Shown piece by piece: positions 20,233-30,490 of a stretch of DNA of 64,000 nucleotides. The position numbers were made by a program, and so were the translations under genes. Numbering within the stretch: position 1 is the first letter of the stretch; the number at the start of each line of letters is the position of its first letter. Origin of the DNA: Clostridia bacterium (lineage in GTDB: Bacteria; Bacillota; Clostridia; JAAYHZ01). Where the stretch lies: assembly GCA_050950825.1 (NCBI GenBank), contig JBMNIH010000008.1, positions 64,001 to 128,000 on the forward strand, given 5' to 3'. The notes under the pieces are model-generated. The model saw only the letters and a program-made list of their open reading frames with translations, did not search any database and was not told the origin of the DNA.

Positions 20233-20850
20233 TTAATCCCCGGCATTGATTTCATCCAAGGTCATTTCGTATGCCGGTAAAAATTTCTCGATGAAAAACC
20301 GGACCTCCGGCAAACCGATCTTGCTTATTAATTCAAACAATGATTTTTCGGCTTCCATGAATTCACTGTTGCCGCTTTTGCGTTCCTCCACGCATTTAAT
20401 ATATGCGGAAAGCTTGTCTGCAGCCTTGACAACGGTCCAATAGATTTCAGGGTTCGAATCGTCCACATCGAAATAGTGACGGTAAACCTCTTTCATTTCG
20501 CATGGCAGCATATCCAACAGCCGACATTTGGATATCTTTTCGATTTCTTTATAGGCGCTTCGTATATCCGGGTTGTAGTACTTGACCGGAGTAGGCATAT
20601 CGCCGGTGATGATCTCGTTGGCATCGTGATACATGGCCAAGACGGCAATCCGGTCCGCATTCCAATCACCGCCAAAGTATACGTTGTTGATCACGGCAAG
20701 AGCATGGGCGATGATTGCTACATCCAAGCTGTGCTCCTGTATATTTTCCGTAATGTTGTTACGCATCAAGCCCCATCGGGAGATGTATTTCATTCGGGTT
20801 ATAAACGCAAAAAATTTATTCCGTTCCAATACTATGCCGTCCTTCTTCAA
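20233..20850 (-). CDS. yfbR: HD-family 5'-deoxynucleotidase YfbR
   Basis: RW.LMRN, EHS, YHD..E..TGDMPTPVKY, KAADKLSAY. Confidence 0.92.
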   Translation of the reverse strand: MKKDGIVLERNKFFAFITRMKYISRWGLMRNNITENIQEHSLDVAIIAHALAVINNVYFGGDWNADRIAVLAMYHDANEIITGDMPTPVKYYNPDIRSAYKEIEKISKCRLLDMLPCEMKEVYRHYFDVDDSNPEIYWTVVKAADKLSAYIKCVEERKSGNSEFMEAEKSLFELISKIGLPEVRFFIEKFLPAYEMTLDEINAGD

Positions 20851-20908
20851 AGTATTATCCTAATATATTTTAAGTATAATCGAAATCGGATAGGAAATAA
20901 AGGATTAT

Positions 20909-21487
20909 CTATTCCGACAGGAGGGTATAATCCGGAGCCAAAGGTTCTTTAATTTTCACAAAATTCAGTTTTTCGTATTCCTTGCTGTTGATCAGGATTT
21001 TGACGTATTGAATGCCCTCGATGCCCGTGATACTGTTGACGATAGCATATACGGATAATCGTTCGACGGTTTCGTCTTTTGTCATTTCGTTTATGAAATT
21101 GTCACTAAGGTTCATAATACATACCTCCCCGTCATTTTTCGCCCATAACAATTCGGTACCGGGCGGAATCACCGGATTCAAATCTTTATTCACGGGGCCG
21201 TTTGCCAACAGCTCAAATACGGCAACCGGCAAATTTTTTAAAGTTTGCTCAATGGTTGCGGTCTCTTTTACCAATTTATCGCCGGATTCGGAGATAAAAT
21301 AAAGATCCACCTTAAGGGGACGGTTGTATAACTTTAAGCCCTCTTTGAACAAGAATTCCTTCGGATTCTCAAACAGCTTCTCGGCGTCTCCGGTCATAAC
21401 CAATCGATATCCGATTATGGCAAATGCAATAAACAGCACCAAAGCGACCAGTATGATTTTCTTAATGGGTAACACCTCCGCTACCAT
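20909..21487 (-). CDS. GerMN domain protein
   Basis: N-terminal TM helix; LYF, L..GP, IP.GT, VYAIVNSIT GerMN motifs. Confidence 0.85.
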   Translation of the reverse strand: MVAEVLPIKKIILVALVLFIAFAIIGYRLVMTGDAEKLFENPKEFLFKEGLKLYNRPLKVDLYFISESGDKLVKETATIEQTLKNLPVAVFELLANGPVNKDLNPVIPPGTELLWAKNDGEVCIMNLSDNFINEMTKDETVERLSVYAIVNSITGIEGIQYVKILINSKEYEKLNFVKIKEPLAPDYTLLSE

Positions 21488-21553
21488 TATAAACGAAAAA
21501 ACCGGTTCTAACCGGCATTCGAAAAAAATCTTTCCTTATCAACATCATCTGTT

Positions 21554-22600
21554 TTAAATTTTTCCGCTTTCTTCTCCATCCTTTAGGGTCTTTTCAATAT
21601 CTTTTATATTCTGCATCACAATCTCCCCTTTTATAAACACCAATTGCTTGCTTTCCATTTGGACAACCTTCAACAAATCTTTGACGGCATAATTGAGAGT
21701 TTCCACGTCTTCTTTGCTCTTTTTTGCCACCATGCTCTTGGTTGAGGACCAGACGGACTCCAATTCCTCTGCATCCTTTGCCGCCTGCTCCCAATCGCCG
21801 ATATTGGCATTGTAAATTACATTTCTTGTATAGTATCGAACCTTTTTAATACCGGGATGAATAGGAGAATCGTATACCGCAAGAGCATTGGGAATAAAGG
21901 AATACAATTTGTTTACGGCTAAAAGCATTTGGGCGTTGTTTTTTTCCAAGGACATGTTCGTAACCTCGTTTAGCATATCTCCGAATTCTTCGGTTAATTT
22001 CGGCGGAACCCCGTCTTTGACGGCTTTCGGCAAATAACTGTTCCATGTCGAATGAATTCCTTTGAGTGTCTTTTCAATTTGCTTCCAATTCTCTTTTTTT
22101 TGCTCCTCTTCCTTCATTTTCGGATCTTCTTTTTCCCCGTCGGATGTTTCTCCTTCGGAAGATTTGCCGTCTCCTTTTTCTTTTTGGCTTTCTTCCTTTT
22201 GTCCTCCGCCCTCACCGTTTTCTTTTTCTTTTTCCGCTTCCTTATTCTTTCCCTCTTCTTTCTTTTTTCCTTCTTCTTTGTCTTCACCCTGTTCTTTGTC
22301 TTTGCCGCCCGTTTCTTCATCCTTTTGGTTCATCTGCTCTTCGTCTTCTTTGGAATCCGTTTGTTGCTTCTTTTTCGTCTTATTCTCTTCCCTTTTTTCT
22401 TCAGACAAACTAGGATCGCTCAAGGTTGCCAAAATGCTTTCAATATCCTCTTCAATGGATTTTAGCTCACGAGGAACGGGATTTTCCTCTTCTTTTTCCT
22501 TTTCGCTTGATTTTCCGCAGCCGGTTATATTAAAAAGCAAAACAATAGACAAAATGAACAAAAAAACTTTGTTCGCTTTCATGTTTATCCTCCGGTTCAC
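21554..22600 (-). CDS. Hypothetical lipoprotein with a long Lys/Glu-rich linker
   Basis: Lipobox ITGC, low-complexity charged region, helical C-terminal domain. Confidence 0.7.
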   Translation of the reverse strand: MNRRINMKANKVFLFILSIVLLFNITGCGKSSEKEKEEENPVPRELKSIEEDIESILATLSDPSLSEEKREENKTKKKQQTDSKEDEEQMNQKDEETGGKDKEQGEDKEEGKKKEEGKNKEAEKEKENGEGGGQKEESQKEKGDGKSSEGETSDGEKEDPKMKEEEQKKENWKQIEKTLKGIHSTWNSYLPKAVKDGVPPKLTEEFGDMLNEVTNMSLEKNNAQMLLAVNKLYSFIPNALAVYDSPIHPGIKKVRYYTRNVIYNANIGDWEQAAKDAEELESVWSSTKSMVAKKSKEDVETLNYAVKDLLKVVQMESKQLVFIKGEIVMQNIKDIEKTLKDGEESGKI

Positions 22601-22699
22601 AATACTTCATCTTTAGTATTTGTCAATTAACCGGATTCATACTTTTATTTTTTGATTCGTCGGACGGCTTAAAGATTCATAACGAAAAAACCGTTATTT

Positions 22700-23500
22700 T
22701 TAGAGAAAAAAATCCGCAAGCATGATTAACAGCATCACCGAAACAAAAACAAAGGATACGTATAGATCCATTTTCGTCATTTTTAATTGCTTCAGTCGGG
22801 TCCGATTCTCTCCGCCGCGATAGCAGCGAGCTTCCATGGCGGTAGCCAAATCGTCCGCTCGACGAAAAGCGCTGATGAACAAAGGTACCAATACCGGAAT
22901 AAAGCTTTTGGCTTTTTGAAACAGGTTGCCGGTATCAAAATCGGCTCCTCTTGCCGTTTGCGCCTTAATGATCTTTTGCGTTTCCTCCATCAATACCGGA
23001 ATGAACCGAAGGGCGATACTCATCATCATGGCGATTTCATGAACCGGTACCTTGATTTTCTTTAACGGATTCAAAAGCTTTTCGATGGCATCCGTCAGCA
23101 TAATCGGTGTCGTGGTAAGCGTTACTAACGAAGATCCCGTAATCAATACGGTAATTCGCAAGGCGGTGCGAACGGCTCGCATTAAGCCTTCGTAGGTTAC
23201 GGTGAACTTCCATACGGTAAAAAGAGGTGTGCCTTCGCTGAAAAAGACGTTTAATACCATGGTAAAAAGGATAATGATTAAAACCGGCTTTAGCCCTTTA
23301 AAAGCATAAGAGAGGGGTACCTTCGATACCATAACGGCAAAAACGGAAAAAACCAAAGCGAAGCTCAAGCACAGTAAATTGTCTATGACAAATACGATGA
23401 TCATCAAAGCCAAAGACATTAATATTTTAACTCTCGGATCCGCCTTATGAAGAGGAGAATCTCCGGGATAGTATTGACCTAAAGTTATATCACCCATCAC
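22700..23500 (-). CDS. ecfT: ECF transporter transmembrane T component
   Basis: GQYYPGDS, DPRVK, IALRFIP, QTARG and MEARCY motifs. Confidence 0.93.
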   Translation of the reverse strand: MMGDITLGQYYPGDSPLHKADPRVKILMSLALMIIVFVIDNLLCLSFALVFSVFAVMVSKVPLSYAFKGLKPVLIIILFTMVLNVFFSEGTPLFTVWKFTVTYEGLMRAVRTALRITVLITGSSLVTLTTTPIMLTDAIEKLLNPLKKIKVPVHEIAMMMSIALRFIPVLMEETQKIIKAQTARGADFDTGNLFQKAKSFIPVLVPLFISAFRRADDLATAMEARCYRGGENRTRLKQLKMTKMDLYVSFVFVSVMLLIMLADFFL

Positions 23501-24345
23501 GGACGCTTCACCACCTTCATAATTTCTTCAACCATTCGGTCTACCGTGTGAATATCCGAAGGAAAGCCCTTGATTATTCGAGCCAAGCCTCTTGCCATAT
23601 ATGTGACCTGAGGTGCCGACAATCCCATGCTCTCCAGCAGCTCCACGTTCTCAAAGGCCTTATCCGGAGTCGTATCCATAGCCAGTGATCCTTTATTCAT
23701 AACCAGTATCCGGTCTGCAAAACCGGCCATTTCCTCCATGCTGTGGGATACGATTATGACGGTCGTTTTTTTCGTACGATTGATTTCCGATAAAGAACGG
23801 AACAGCTCGTCTCTTCCTTTCGGGTCCAATCCCGCCGTCGGTTCATCCAATACAAGAATACTCGGTCCCGTTACCAATACTCCGGCAATGGCTACCCTTC
23901 TTTTCTGTCCACCGGACAGCTCAAAGGGAGACTTATCCATTAATTCTTTGGATAACCCCATTTCGGCAGCCGCCTCCCTAATACGAAGATCGGCTTCATC
24001 CTCCGGAAGACGGAACTGCTTTTTTAATCCGAAAGCAATATCTTTGTAAACCGTTTCTTCAAAAAGCTGGTGTTCCGGGTACTGAAAAACCATACCCACC
24101 ATTTTCCTTAGCTCTTTAATGTCCTTGGACATGGTGTCGATTCCGTTTACGATAACTTGGCCGGCATGAGGCTTTAAAAGCCCGTTTAAATGCTGAACCA
24201 ATGTAGACTTACCGGAGCCGGTATGTCCGATGATTCCCACCTTTTCACCGTCTCGGATGGTTACCGTAACGTCACGGACCGCAACCTTCTCCATGACCGT
24301 ATCTTTATTGTATATATGTGTTAAATTCTTAATTTCTATTGCCAA
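23497..24345 (-). CDS. ecfA2: ECF transporter ATPase A2
   Basis: GHTGSGKST, FQYPEHQLFEE, SPFELSGGQKRR. Confidence 0.92.
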   Translation of the reverse strand: MAIEIKNLTHIYNKDTVMEKVAVRDVTVTIRDGEKVGIIGHTGSGKSTLVQHLNGLLKPHAGQVIVNGIDTMSKDIKELRKMVGMVFQYPEHQLFEETVYKDIAFGLKKQFRLPEDEADLRIREAAAEMGLSKELMDKSPFELSGGQKRRVAIAGVLVTGPSILVLDEPTAGLDPKGRDELFRSLSEINRTKKTTVIIVSHSMEEMAGFADRILVMNKGSLAMDTTPDKAFENVELLESMGLSAPQVTYMARGLARIIKGFPSDIHTVDRMVEEIMKVVKRP

Positions 24346-25207
24346 TACGATTCACCGCCAGGTTTTCCATAATCACTTTCAAAGCTTCGTCAACCGTCAA
24401 AATATCGTTGGGAAACTTGTAGCCCTTTTTATTCAGCTTGTAAAAAACTTCGGTTACCTGAGGAACATCCAAGCCCATTCCCTTGATTCTTTCCACGTCG
24501 GAAAAAATTTCAGCCGGTGTTCCTTCGGCTATGATTTTTCCGTTATCCACCACCGCCACACGGTCCGCAAGACATGCCTCCTCCATATGGTGCGTAACAT
24601 GAATAACCGTAATTCCTCGGTTTTTATTCAAATCCAACAAAACATCCAGAACTTCTTTGCGCCCCCACGGATCCAGCATGGACGTCGCTTCATCCAAAAT
24701 GATGCATTGCGGTTCCATAGCTAAAATTCCGGCGATGGCAACCTTTTGCTTTTGTCCTCCGGAAAGCCGATGAGGTGCGTACAAGGCAAAATCCGACATA
24801 CCCACCGTCTTTAACGATCGATCCACTCTTTTTCGAATTTCTTCAGGCGGAACCCCTAAATTCTCCGGTCCGAATGCCACGTCTTCTTCCACCACATTGC
24901 CTACGATTTGGTTGTCCGGGTTTTGGAACACCATACCTACGTCTTTTCGGATCAGCCACGTATTTTCGTCGTTCAAGGTATCCATTCCGTTGACGAAAAC
25001 CGTACCGGTTCTCGGTTTTAGCAAAGCATTGAACAGCCGACATAGGGTGGACTTGCCGGAACCGTTTCGTCCTAAGAGAACCAAGAATTCTCCTTTTTTT
25101 ATTTCCAGATCGATTCCGTTGATGGCTTCCACGTTTTCGGCATTTTCCGACATGGCTTTATAGTAATAATATACGTTTTTCGCCTGAATCATGGTTATAT
25201 CATTCAT
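24329..25207 (-). CDS. ecfA1: ECF transporter ATPase A1
   Basis: GRNGSGKST, FQNPDNQ, LSGGQKQ, DEATSMLDP. Confidence 0.92.
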   Translation of the reverse strand: MNDITMIQAKNVYYYYKAMSENAENVEAINGIDLEIKKGEFLVLLGRNGSGKSTLCRLFNALLKPRTGTVFVNGMDTLNDENTWLIRKDVGMVFQNPDNQIVGNVVEEDVAFGPENLGVPPEEIRKRVDRSLKTVGMSDFALYAPHRLSGGQKQKVAIAGILAMEPQCIILDEATSMLDPWGRKEVLDVLLDLNKNRGITVIHVTHHMEEACLADRVAVVDNGKIIAEGTPAEIFSDVERIKGMGLDVPQVTEVFYKLNKKGYKFPNDILTVDEALKVIMENLAVNRIGNRN

Positions 25208-25476
25208 GTTTGCCTTTGTAATAACCTTCTTTACTCAATAAAATGTCAAGTTATTATATCACACGTATCATTGTGTGTATAACTTTTTTATAAATCCTTT
25301 GCGCCGTTTTTACCTTAAAAAAAAGAAAAAGGGTCCTATCCCGGATTAAAGCCTTACAAGAAGTCTGTTCTACAGCGCCGTCGCTTTACATATTATACAT
25401 AGGACCAAGTCCTATTGTAAAGGGTTCTTGTTCCTCTTTCCAAATTTTATCACGGTTTTAACATTTTCTATAACAT

Positions 25477-25526
25477 AAAAAACGCCGCTTCTTTTTCGGC
25501 ATTGCAGAAGAAGCGGCGGTATTTTT
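25477..25526 (-). terminator. Intrinsic terminator of the solute-binding protein gene
   Basis: CGCCGCTTCTT...AAGAAGCGGCG stem with T tract. Confidence 0.75.
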
Positions 25527-25533
25527 AATTCTC

Positions 25534-27402
25534 TTAATAGTACAGTGTGGATTTGTCAATATTGTACAAGCCGAATTCGGGACGGTTGAAGATCTCAACA
25601 TATTGCTCCAATCCGGCGCGGTACAAGGCATCGATGTAATTTCCCCATTCGGCGTAGATATCTGCCAATTCTCCGTTGAACGCTTTGTTTCGGAAGTCGT
25701 TGGCAATAGTCATAATATCCGAATTGACGTTGTTGCGAAGCTCGATATATTCGTCATACATTTCGTTACCCATATACAGTCGGCTGATCAATTTGTCGGG
25801 TTCCAGCGTGTACTTCATATACCAGCCGTTTTGTACTTGGAAATCGCAAAGCTGCATGAACCATTCGCTGACCATGGACCATTTTTTAAAGTCCATTAAG
25901 AACTTATCGGTGGCGAAAATGGCTTGGATGGCGCTGTTGGCATACTTTCTGGGTATTTTGCTTGCATCCGTTAAAATGACGGCGCTGTTGTAGGGCTCTC
26001 CCGACCATGTGTAGTGAATGCCTTCAATTCCGTAATAGTAACGATAGAAGCCTTCGTCGGTAAAGTGGGTGTAGCGAAGAAGAGCCAATGCTCTTTCCAG
26101 CTTTTCATCGGTACAGCCGTGGCCGAATGTCCATGTTCCGTAAGCTCCGTCTCTAAAGGGCAAATCCACATAGCGTTTGTTGCCCCCGATACCGTCCGGA
26201 CCTACGATGGCGGGAACCACAACAAACCGAGCATCGGGATGCACCTTTTGAATGCCTTGGGGGATACCGTTTTCAATTCGAACGGGGCTTCCCGGGTTCA
26301 TGTTAAACCATGTATCCAAGGGGAAGTGACCGTATGCTCCGGTAAGAACGGCTCCGTAGAAGTTGCCTGCATAATCTCCACCGGCGATATCCACCATATA
26401 CTTCATGTAGCCTTTCGTCAGCATATCGTTGATGAAGATCAAAAAGTCTCTCCAACCGGGATGAGCATAGGAAGGCACATAGTTTCCGGATATTTCGTCA
26501 TAGTACAGCCAAGTCGTATAGCTTTGGGTTATACCGAACATACCGGTATAAATATCGGTCCAATGGCTGCCATAGGAAGGACCGGTTAAAGGCCACATGG
26601 CGCCGTAGGTATCGTCGTTGCCGTTGCCGTCCGGGTCGTCTTCGGTAAAGGCTCTTAAGATATCCAAATATTCTTCATAGCTGAAAATATGGTTTGATAA
26701 GAATACCACACCTTCCGCACATTGTTGGAATGATTCGGCGGTAATTCGCACTTCCGTCAAATCGTCAATGGCATACCCCACGTTTTCAAGCCAGTCCAAA
26801 CGGAAACAATTGACATGGTACCAATAGTTGTTTTGAGCGTAGCAGAAGGACAAACCGTAGTAGTGGCCGGGTTCGTCTTCGATATGATTCACCTTAAACC
26901 CGATCGGGTTGCTTTCCAATATGGCGTAATATTCCGGAAGCATGTTTCGAATTTGCTCTAACGAGATATTCCTGGTTAATCCTTCATCGTAAGCGCGGTA
27001 AGGATCGTAACCGTTTACGTATCCGGTGTCAGCCCAATCTCCGGCCGCCGCCATCATGGTACACTGCTCCGCGTTATAGGCGTCAATGGTCCACACTTGA
27101 ATGTCGATGTTGAACTTCTCTTCCAGCTCCAGCTCATCCCAACGCACTTCGTCGTATTTGTCCGTGAATCGGACCAAGTATGTAAGCTCCAAATGCTTGG
27201 CAAAGGGATTCGCTTCCGTTGTTGTTTCGGCATTCGTAGTCGTTGACTGTGCTGCCGTCGTTTGCGCAGCCGTCGTTGTAACCGCCTTTGTAGTGGTTGC
27301 CGCCGTTGTCGTTTGATCGGGTGTCTTCGTATTTTCCGTTGCACTGCAAGAAATGAAAAACAGCATGGACAAAAGCAGCAGCAAAGATGTTACTTTTCTC
27401 AT
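25534..27402 (-). CDS. Extracellular solute-binding lipoprotein (carbohydrate ABC, LplA-like)
   Basis: Lipobox FISC, Thr/Ala linker, RLDWLE and AF...DPDGNG..DTYG motifs; RBS AGGAGGAG. Confidence 0.8.
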   Translation of the reverse strand: MRKVTSLLLLLSMLFFISCSATENTKTPDQTTTAATTTKAVTTTAAQTTAAQSTTTNAETTTEANPFAKHLELTYLVRFTDKYDEVRWDELELEEKFNIDIQVWTIDAYNAEQCTMMAAAGDWADTGYVNGYDPYRAYDEGLTRNISLEQIRNMLPEYYAILESNPIGFKVNHIEDEPGHYYGLSFCYAQNNYWYHVNCFRLDWLENVGYAIDDLTEVRITAESFQQCAEGVVFLSNHIFSYEEYLDILRAFTEDDPDGNGNDDTYGAMWPLTGPSYGSHWTDIYTGMFGITQSYTTWLYYDEISGNYVPSYAHPGWRDFLIFINDMLTKGYMKYMVDIAGGDYAGNFYGAVLTGAYGHFPLDTWFNMNPGSPVRIENGIPQGIQKVHPDARFVVVPAIVGPDGIGGNKRYVDLPFRDGAYGTWTFGHGCTDEKLERALALLRYTHFTDEGFYRYYYGIEGIHYTWSGEPYNSAVILTDASKIPRKYANSAIQAIFATDKFLMDFKKWSMVSEWFMQLCDFQVQNGWYMKYTLEPDKLISRLYMGNEMYDEYIELRNNVNSDIMTIANDFRNKAFNGELADIYAEWGNYIDALYRAGLEQYVEIFNRPEFGLYNIDKSTLYY

Positions 27403-27844
27403 TGATACTCCTCCTAATTCTTTTCACAGAAATCTTTTTTACGAAAACTACATTACAATCCCCGTTAAGAGATATGATGACCTAATGACGCCGCTTATTC
27501 GGTTCGAAAGAAACAAAACTTCCTTTCTCACCTCCTATCATGTTAATGATTGAGATGATTAAAAGACCTATGATACCATGGAATAATGTATTTTTAATTC
27601 ATACTATATATGTTTTGCTTACTAACATAAATTATATCTATTGTCAACGTGAAAATATAATTTCCATTTATATTTTATATATCCTCTAAAATTCCTTGTT
27701 TCCCTAAATTATTTTCTTTCTTCTTTTTGCTTTCTGCGGTTCAAACCGTGCCCGTACAATGCTATTGAAAACAAAAAACCTTTACTATATAATGAAACAA
27801 GAACGGCTATTGACGAAAATTTTAAATAGCGTAAGGAGAAGATT

Positions 27845-28759
27845 ATGCCCGGTTTTTTCGGTTTATTTGATTTTACAAAGCCCGGTAAAGGTGTTGAAAA
27901 AGATGCACCTAAAAAGGCCGCTTTTATTGTCTTTTTTGAATTGCTAGGAAGAAAGGCTTGGACGCTAACAAAGCTCAATTTCATGTTTTTGCTTTTTAAT
28001 TTGCCTGCATTGGTGATCGCCTTTTTCCTCACATACATCTTTATACCCGATTTATCGGTACTGTTGGAAACCGAAATTGTTGCGGACCAGCATGCGGCAA
28101 TCGGCGTAGTATATATCCGAGCCATTATAGGGCTTTTATTCTGCGTGGTACCGGTCATTACGGTTGGGCCGTTTCAATGCGGCTTTTCCTATATCATCCG
28201 AAACATCATAAGAGAAGAGCCTTCATTTTTATGGGGTGATTTCATTGAACACACGAAGAATAATTGGAAACAGGCGTTAGCCGTAACCCTTATCGACATC
28301 GTGGTCTTTAGCATCATTCTATATGCTTTATCCTTCTACTATTCCCAAGAATCTTCTATGGGATCGTTTTTGTTCGGTATCGTCATTGTGGGATTGGGCA
28401 TCTTTTTAATGATGCACCTTTTCATGTATACCATGCTGGTCACCTTTAATGTTACGTTGAAACAGCTGTATTCCAATTGCTTCAAGTTTGCCATGATCAA
28501 ATTTATCCCCAATGCGTTAATCCTTCTGCTTTGCTTTGCGATTACATTGTTGCCGTTTCTCATCCCCTCCGTCGGATTTTCCCTGGGGATTGTTCTGCTT
28601 CTTTTGTTTACTTTCAGTTTTAACGGTTACATCATTAATTTTTACGCCTATCCCTTAATGAAAAAGTACATGCTGGACAAACCGCCGGTCGGAGCGGCGG
28701 AAGATCAACCCGGCGAAGAATCCTCCGACGATACGGATAAGCAAGAGCGGCAAGATTAA
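27845..28759 (+). CDS. YesL/DUF624 family membrane protein
   Basis: KPGKGV.K, ITVGP, F....KNNWKQA and multiple TM helices; RBS AAGGAG. Confidence 0.8.
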   Translation: MPGFFGLFDFTKPGKGVEKDAPKKAAFIVFFELLGRKAWTLTKLNFMFLLFNLPALVIAFFLTYIFIPDLSVLLETEIVADQHAAIGVVYIRAIIGLLFCVVPVITVGPFQCGFSYIIRNIIREEPSFLWGDFIEHTKNNWKQALAVTLIDIVVFSIILYALSFYYSQESSMGSFLFGIVIVGLGIFLMMHLFMYTMLVTFNVTLKQLYSNCFKFAMIKFIPNALILLLCFAITLLPFLIPSVGFSLGIVLLLLFTFSFNGYIINFYAYPLMKKYMLDKPPVGAAEDQPGEESSDDTDKQERQD

Positions 28760-28772
28760 TAAGTTTGCAATA

Positions 28773-28801
28773 AAAAACTCGAGGGCACCCCTCGAGTTTT
28801 T
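28773..28801. terminator. Bidirectional terminator between the yesL-like gene and dapB
   Basis: AAAAACTCGAGGG CAC CCCTCGAGTTTTT. Confidence 0.85.
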
Positions 28802-28828
28802 AATATGCAAAATTTTCTTTTTTTAAAG

Positions 28829-29584
28829 TCAAACAACAAAGATATCCGACATGCTGTACATTCCGGCAGGCTTGTCCGCTAAAAATTTCACCGCTTTCAT
28901 GGCACCGGCGGCAAAGATTTCTTTGGAATTGGCTTGGTGCCTAAATTCAATGACCTCATCCAGACCCGCAAACAAGATGCTGTGCTCCCCTACAATGGTT
29001 CCGCCTCGAACGGCATGAATGCCGATTTCGGCCTTATCTCTTTTTTTCCTTACGGCATGGCGGTCGTAGGTATAGTTTTTCGGAGTCTTTACCGCTTGGT
29101 TTATTGCATCCGCTATGGCTAACGCCGTTCCGGAAGGAGCGTCGATTTTTTGGTTGTGGTGTTTTTCTATAATTTCGATGTCGAATTGGTCTTCGAGAAT
29201 AACGGCCGTCTTTTTCACCAATTCAATGAGCAAATTGATGCCTAAAGACATATTGGCCGAGTAAAACACCGGAATAACCGAGGACGCCTCCTTAAGCATG
29301 TCCTTTTGTTTATCGTTTAAACCTGTTGTTGCGACAACAACAGGTATTTTCTTACTCGTGCAATATGCCAAAAGACCTTCCAAAGCGTTGGGATTGCTGA
29401 AATCCACCGCCACGTCTCCTTCTTCTTTGATAAGATCAAAGCTTTTGTACACCGGATAATCCGACAGCTGTTTATCGTACAGGTCGCATCCTGCGACAAT
29501 TTTCACCGAAGGATCGTTCGCGCATATTCTTGTCACGACTTGACCCATTTTCCCGTTGCATCCGGAAAGTATTATTCTGATCAT
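28829..29584 (-). CDS. dapB: 4-hydroxy-tetrahydrodipicolinate reductase
   Basis: GCNGKMG, EKHHNQKIDAPSGTA. Confidence 0.95.
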   Translation of the reverse strand: MIRIILSGCNGKMGQVVTRICANDPSVKIVAGCDLYDKQLSDYPVYKSFDLIKEEGDVAVDFSNPNALEGLLAYCTSKKIPVVVATTGLNDKQKDMLKEASSVIPVFYSANMSLGINLLIELVKKTAVILEDQFDIEIIEKHHNQKIDAPSGTALAIADAINQAVKTPKNYTYDRHAVRKKRDKAEIGIHAVRGGTIVGEHSILFAGLDEVIEFRHQANSKEIFAAGAMKAVKFLADKPAGMYSMSDIFVV

Positions 29585-29595
29585 TCTTCCTCTCC

Positions 29596-30474
29596 TTAAA
29601 TCAATCCGTAATTTCTTGCGGCGGCTGCCAATTTGTCTTCATTGGCCGGCAGCATATCCGTCAAAGGCATGCGGCACTTACCGCAGTCAAACCCGATAAA
29701 GGACATGGCCTTTTTAACGGGAACGGGATTCACTTCGATAAACAAGGCTTCGGCAAAAGGCAAGATCTTGTAATAGAGCTCTCTTGCTGCAATAATATCT
29801 TGACGCAGCCATTTTCTTACCATGGTACTGACATCCTTGGGAATGACGTTGGACGCAACGGATATTAAGCCTTTGCCGCCGATCGCCAATAATTGCAGTA
29901 CCTCGGGATCGTTTCCGGAATAGACGGCAAAATCGTCACGAACATTGCCGATGATATGAGGAGCCTGTGCAAGGTTGCATTCCTTTAAACCGACTATGTT
30001 TTCGATCTTCGACAAGGATTGGACGGTTTTTGCGTCAATGTTAAGACCCGTTCTCGAAGGAACGTTGTATAAAATCATAGGGATGTCAATGGAATTGGCA
30101 ATCATACGAAAATGCTCGTACAATCCGCTTTGGGTCGTTTTATTGTAATACGGTGTTACCGATAGAATGGCGTCGGCTCCCAATTCCTGCGCTTTTTTGC
30201 TCAAATAGATGGCATGCTTTGTATCGTTGCTTCCGGTTCCGGCAATGACAGGAACTCTTTTTGCCGTTTTTTCCACGACAAAGCGTATGGCATCGAGATG
30301 CTCTTCGTCCGGCATGGTAGACGCTTCCCCGGTGGTTCCGCATACAACCAATGCATCGATGCCGTTTTCAATCTGAAAATCGACGATTTTTCCAAACGTC
30401 TCAAAATCAATTCCGTCATCTTTGAATGGCGTAACTAACGCCGTAGCGGTCCCGATAAAAACTTCCTTACTCAT
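29596..30474 (-). CDS. dapA: 4-hydroxy-tetrahydrodipicolinate synthase
   Basis: GTTGE, PYYNK, YNVPSRTG, GLKE. Confidence 0.95.
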   Translation of the reverse strand: MSKEVFIGTATALVTPFKDDGIDFETFGKIVDFQIENGIDALVVCGTTGEASTMPDEEHLDAIRFVVEKTAKRVPVIAGTGSNDTKHAIYLSKKAQELGADAILSVTPYYNKTTQSGLYEHFRMIANSIDIPMILYNVPSRTGLNIDAKTVQSLSKIENIVGLKECNLAQAPHIIGNVRDDFAVYSGNDPEVLQLLAIGGKGLISVASNVIPKDVSTMVRKWLRQDIIAARELYYKILPFAEALFIEVNPVPVKKAMSFIGFDCGKCRMPLTDMLPANEDKLAAAARNYGLI

Positions 30475-30490
30475 TCTAAAACCTCCAAAT

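Noticed and set aside
22052-22616. Phe/Ser-rich plus-strand ORFs
   Set aside because: Antisense read of the Lys/Glu-rich linker of the lipoprotein gene.
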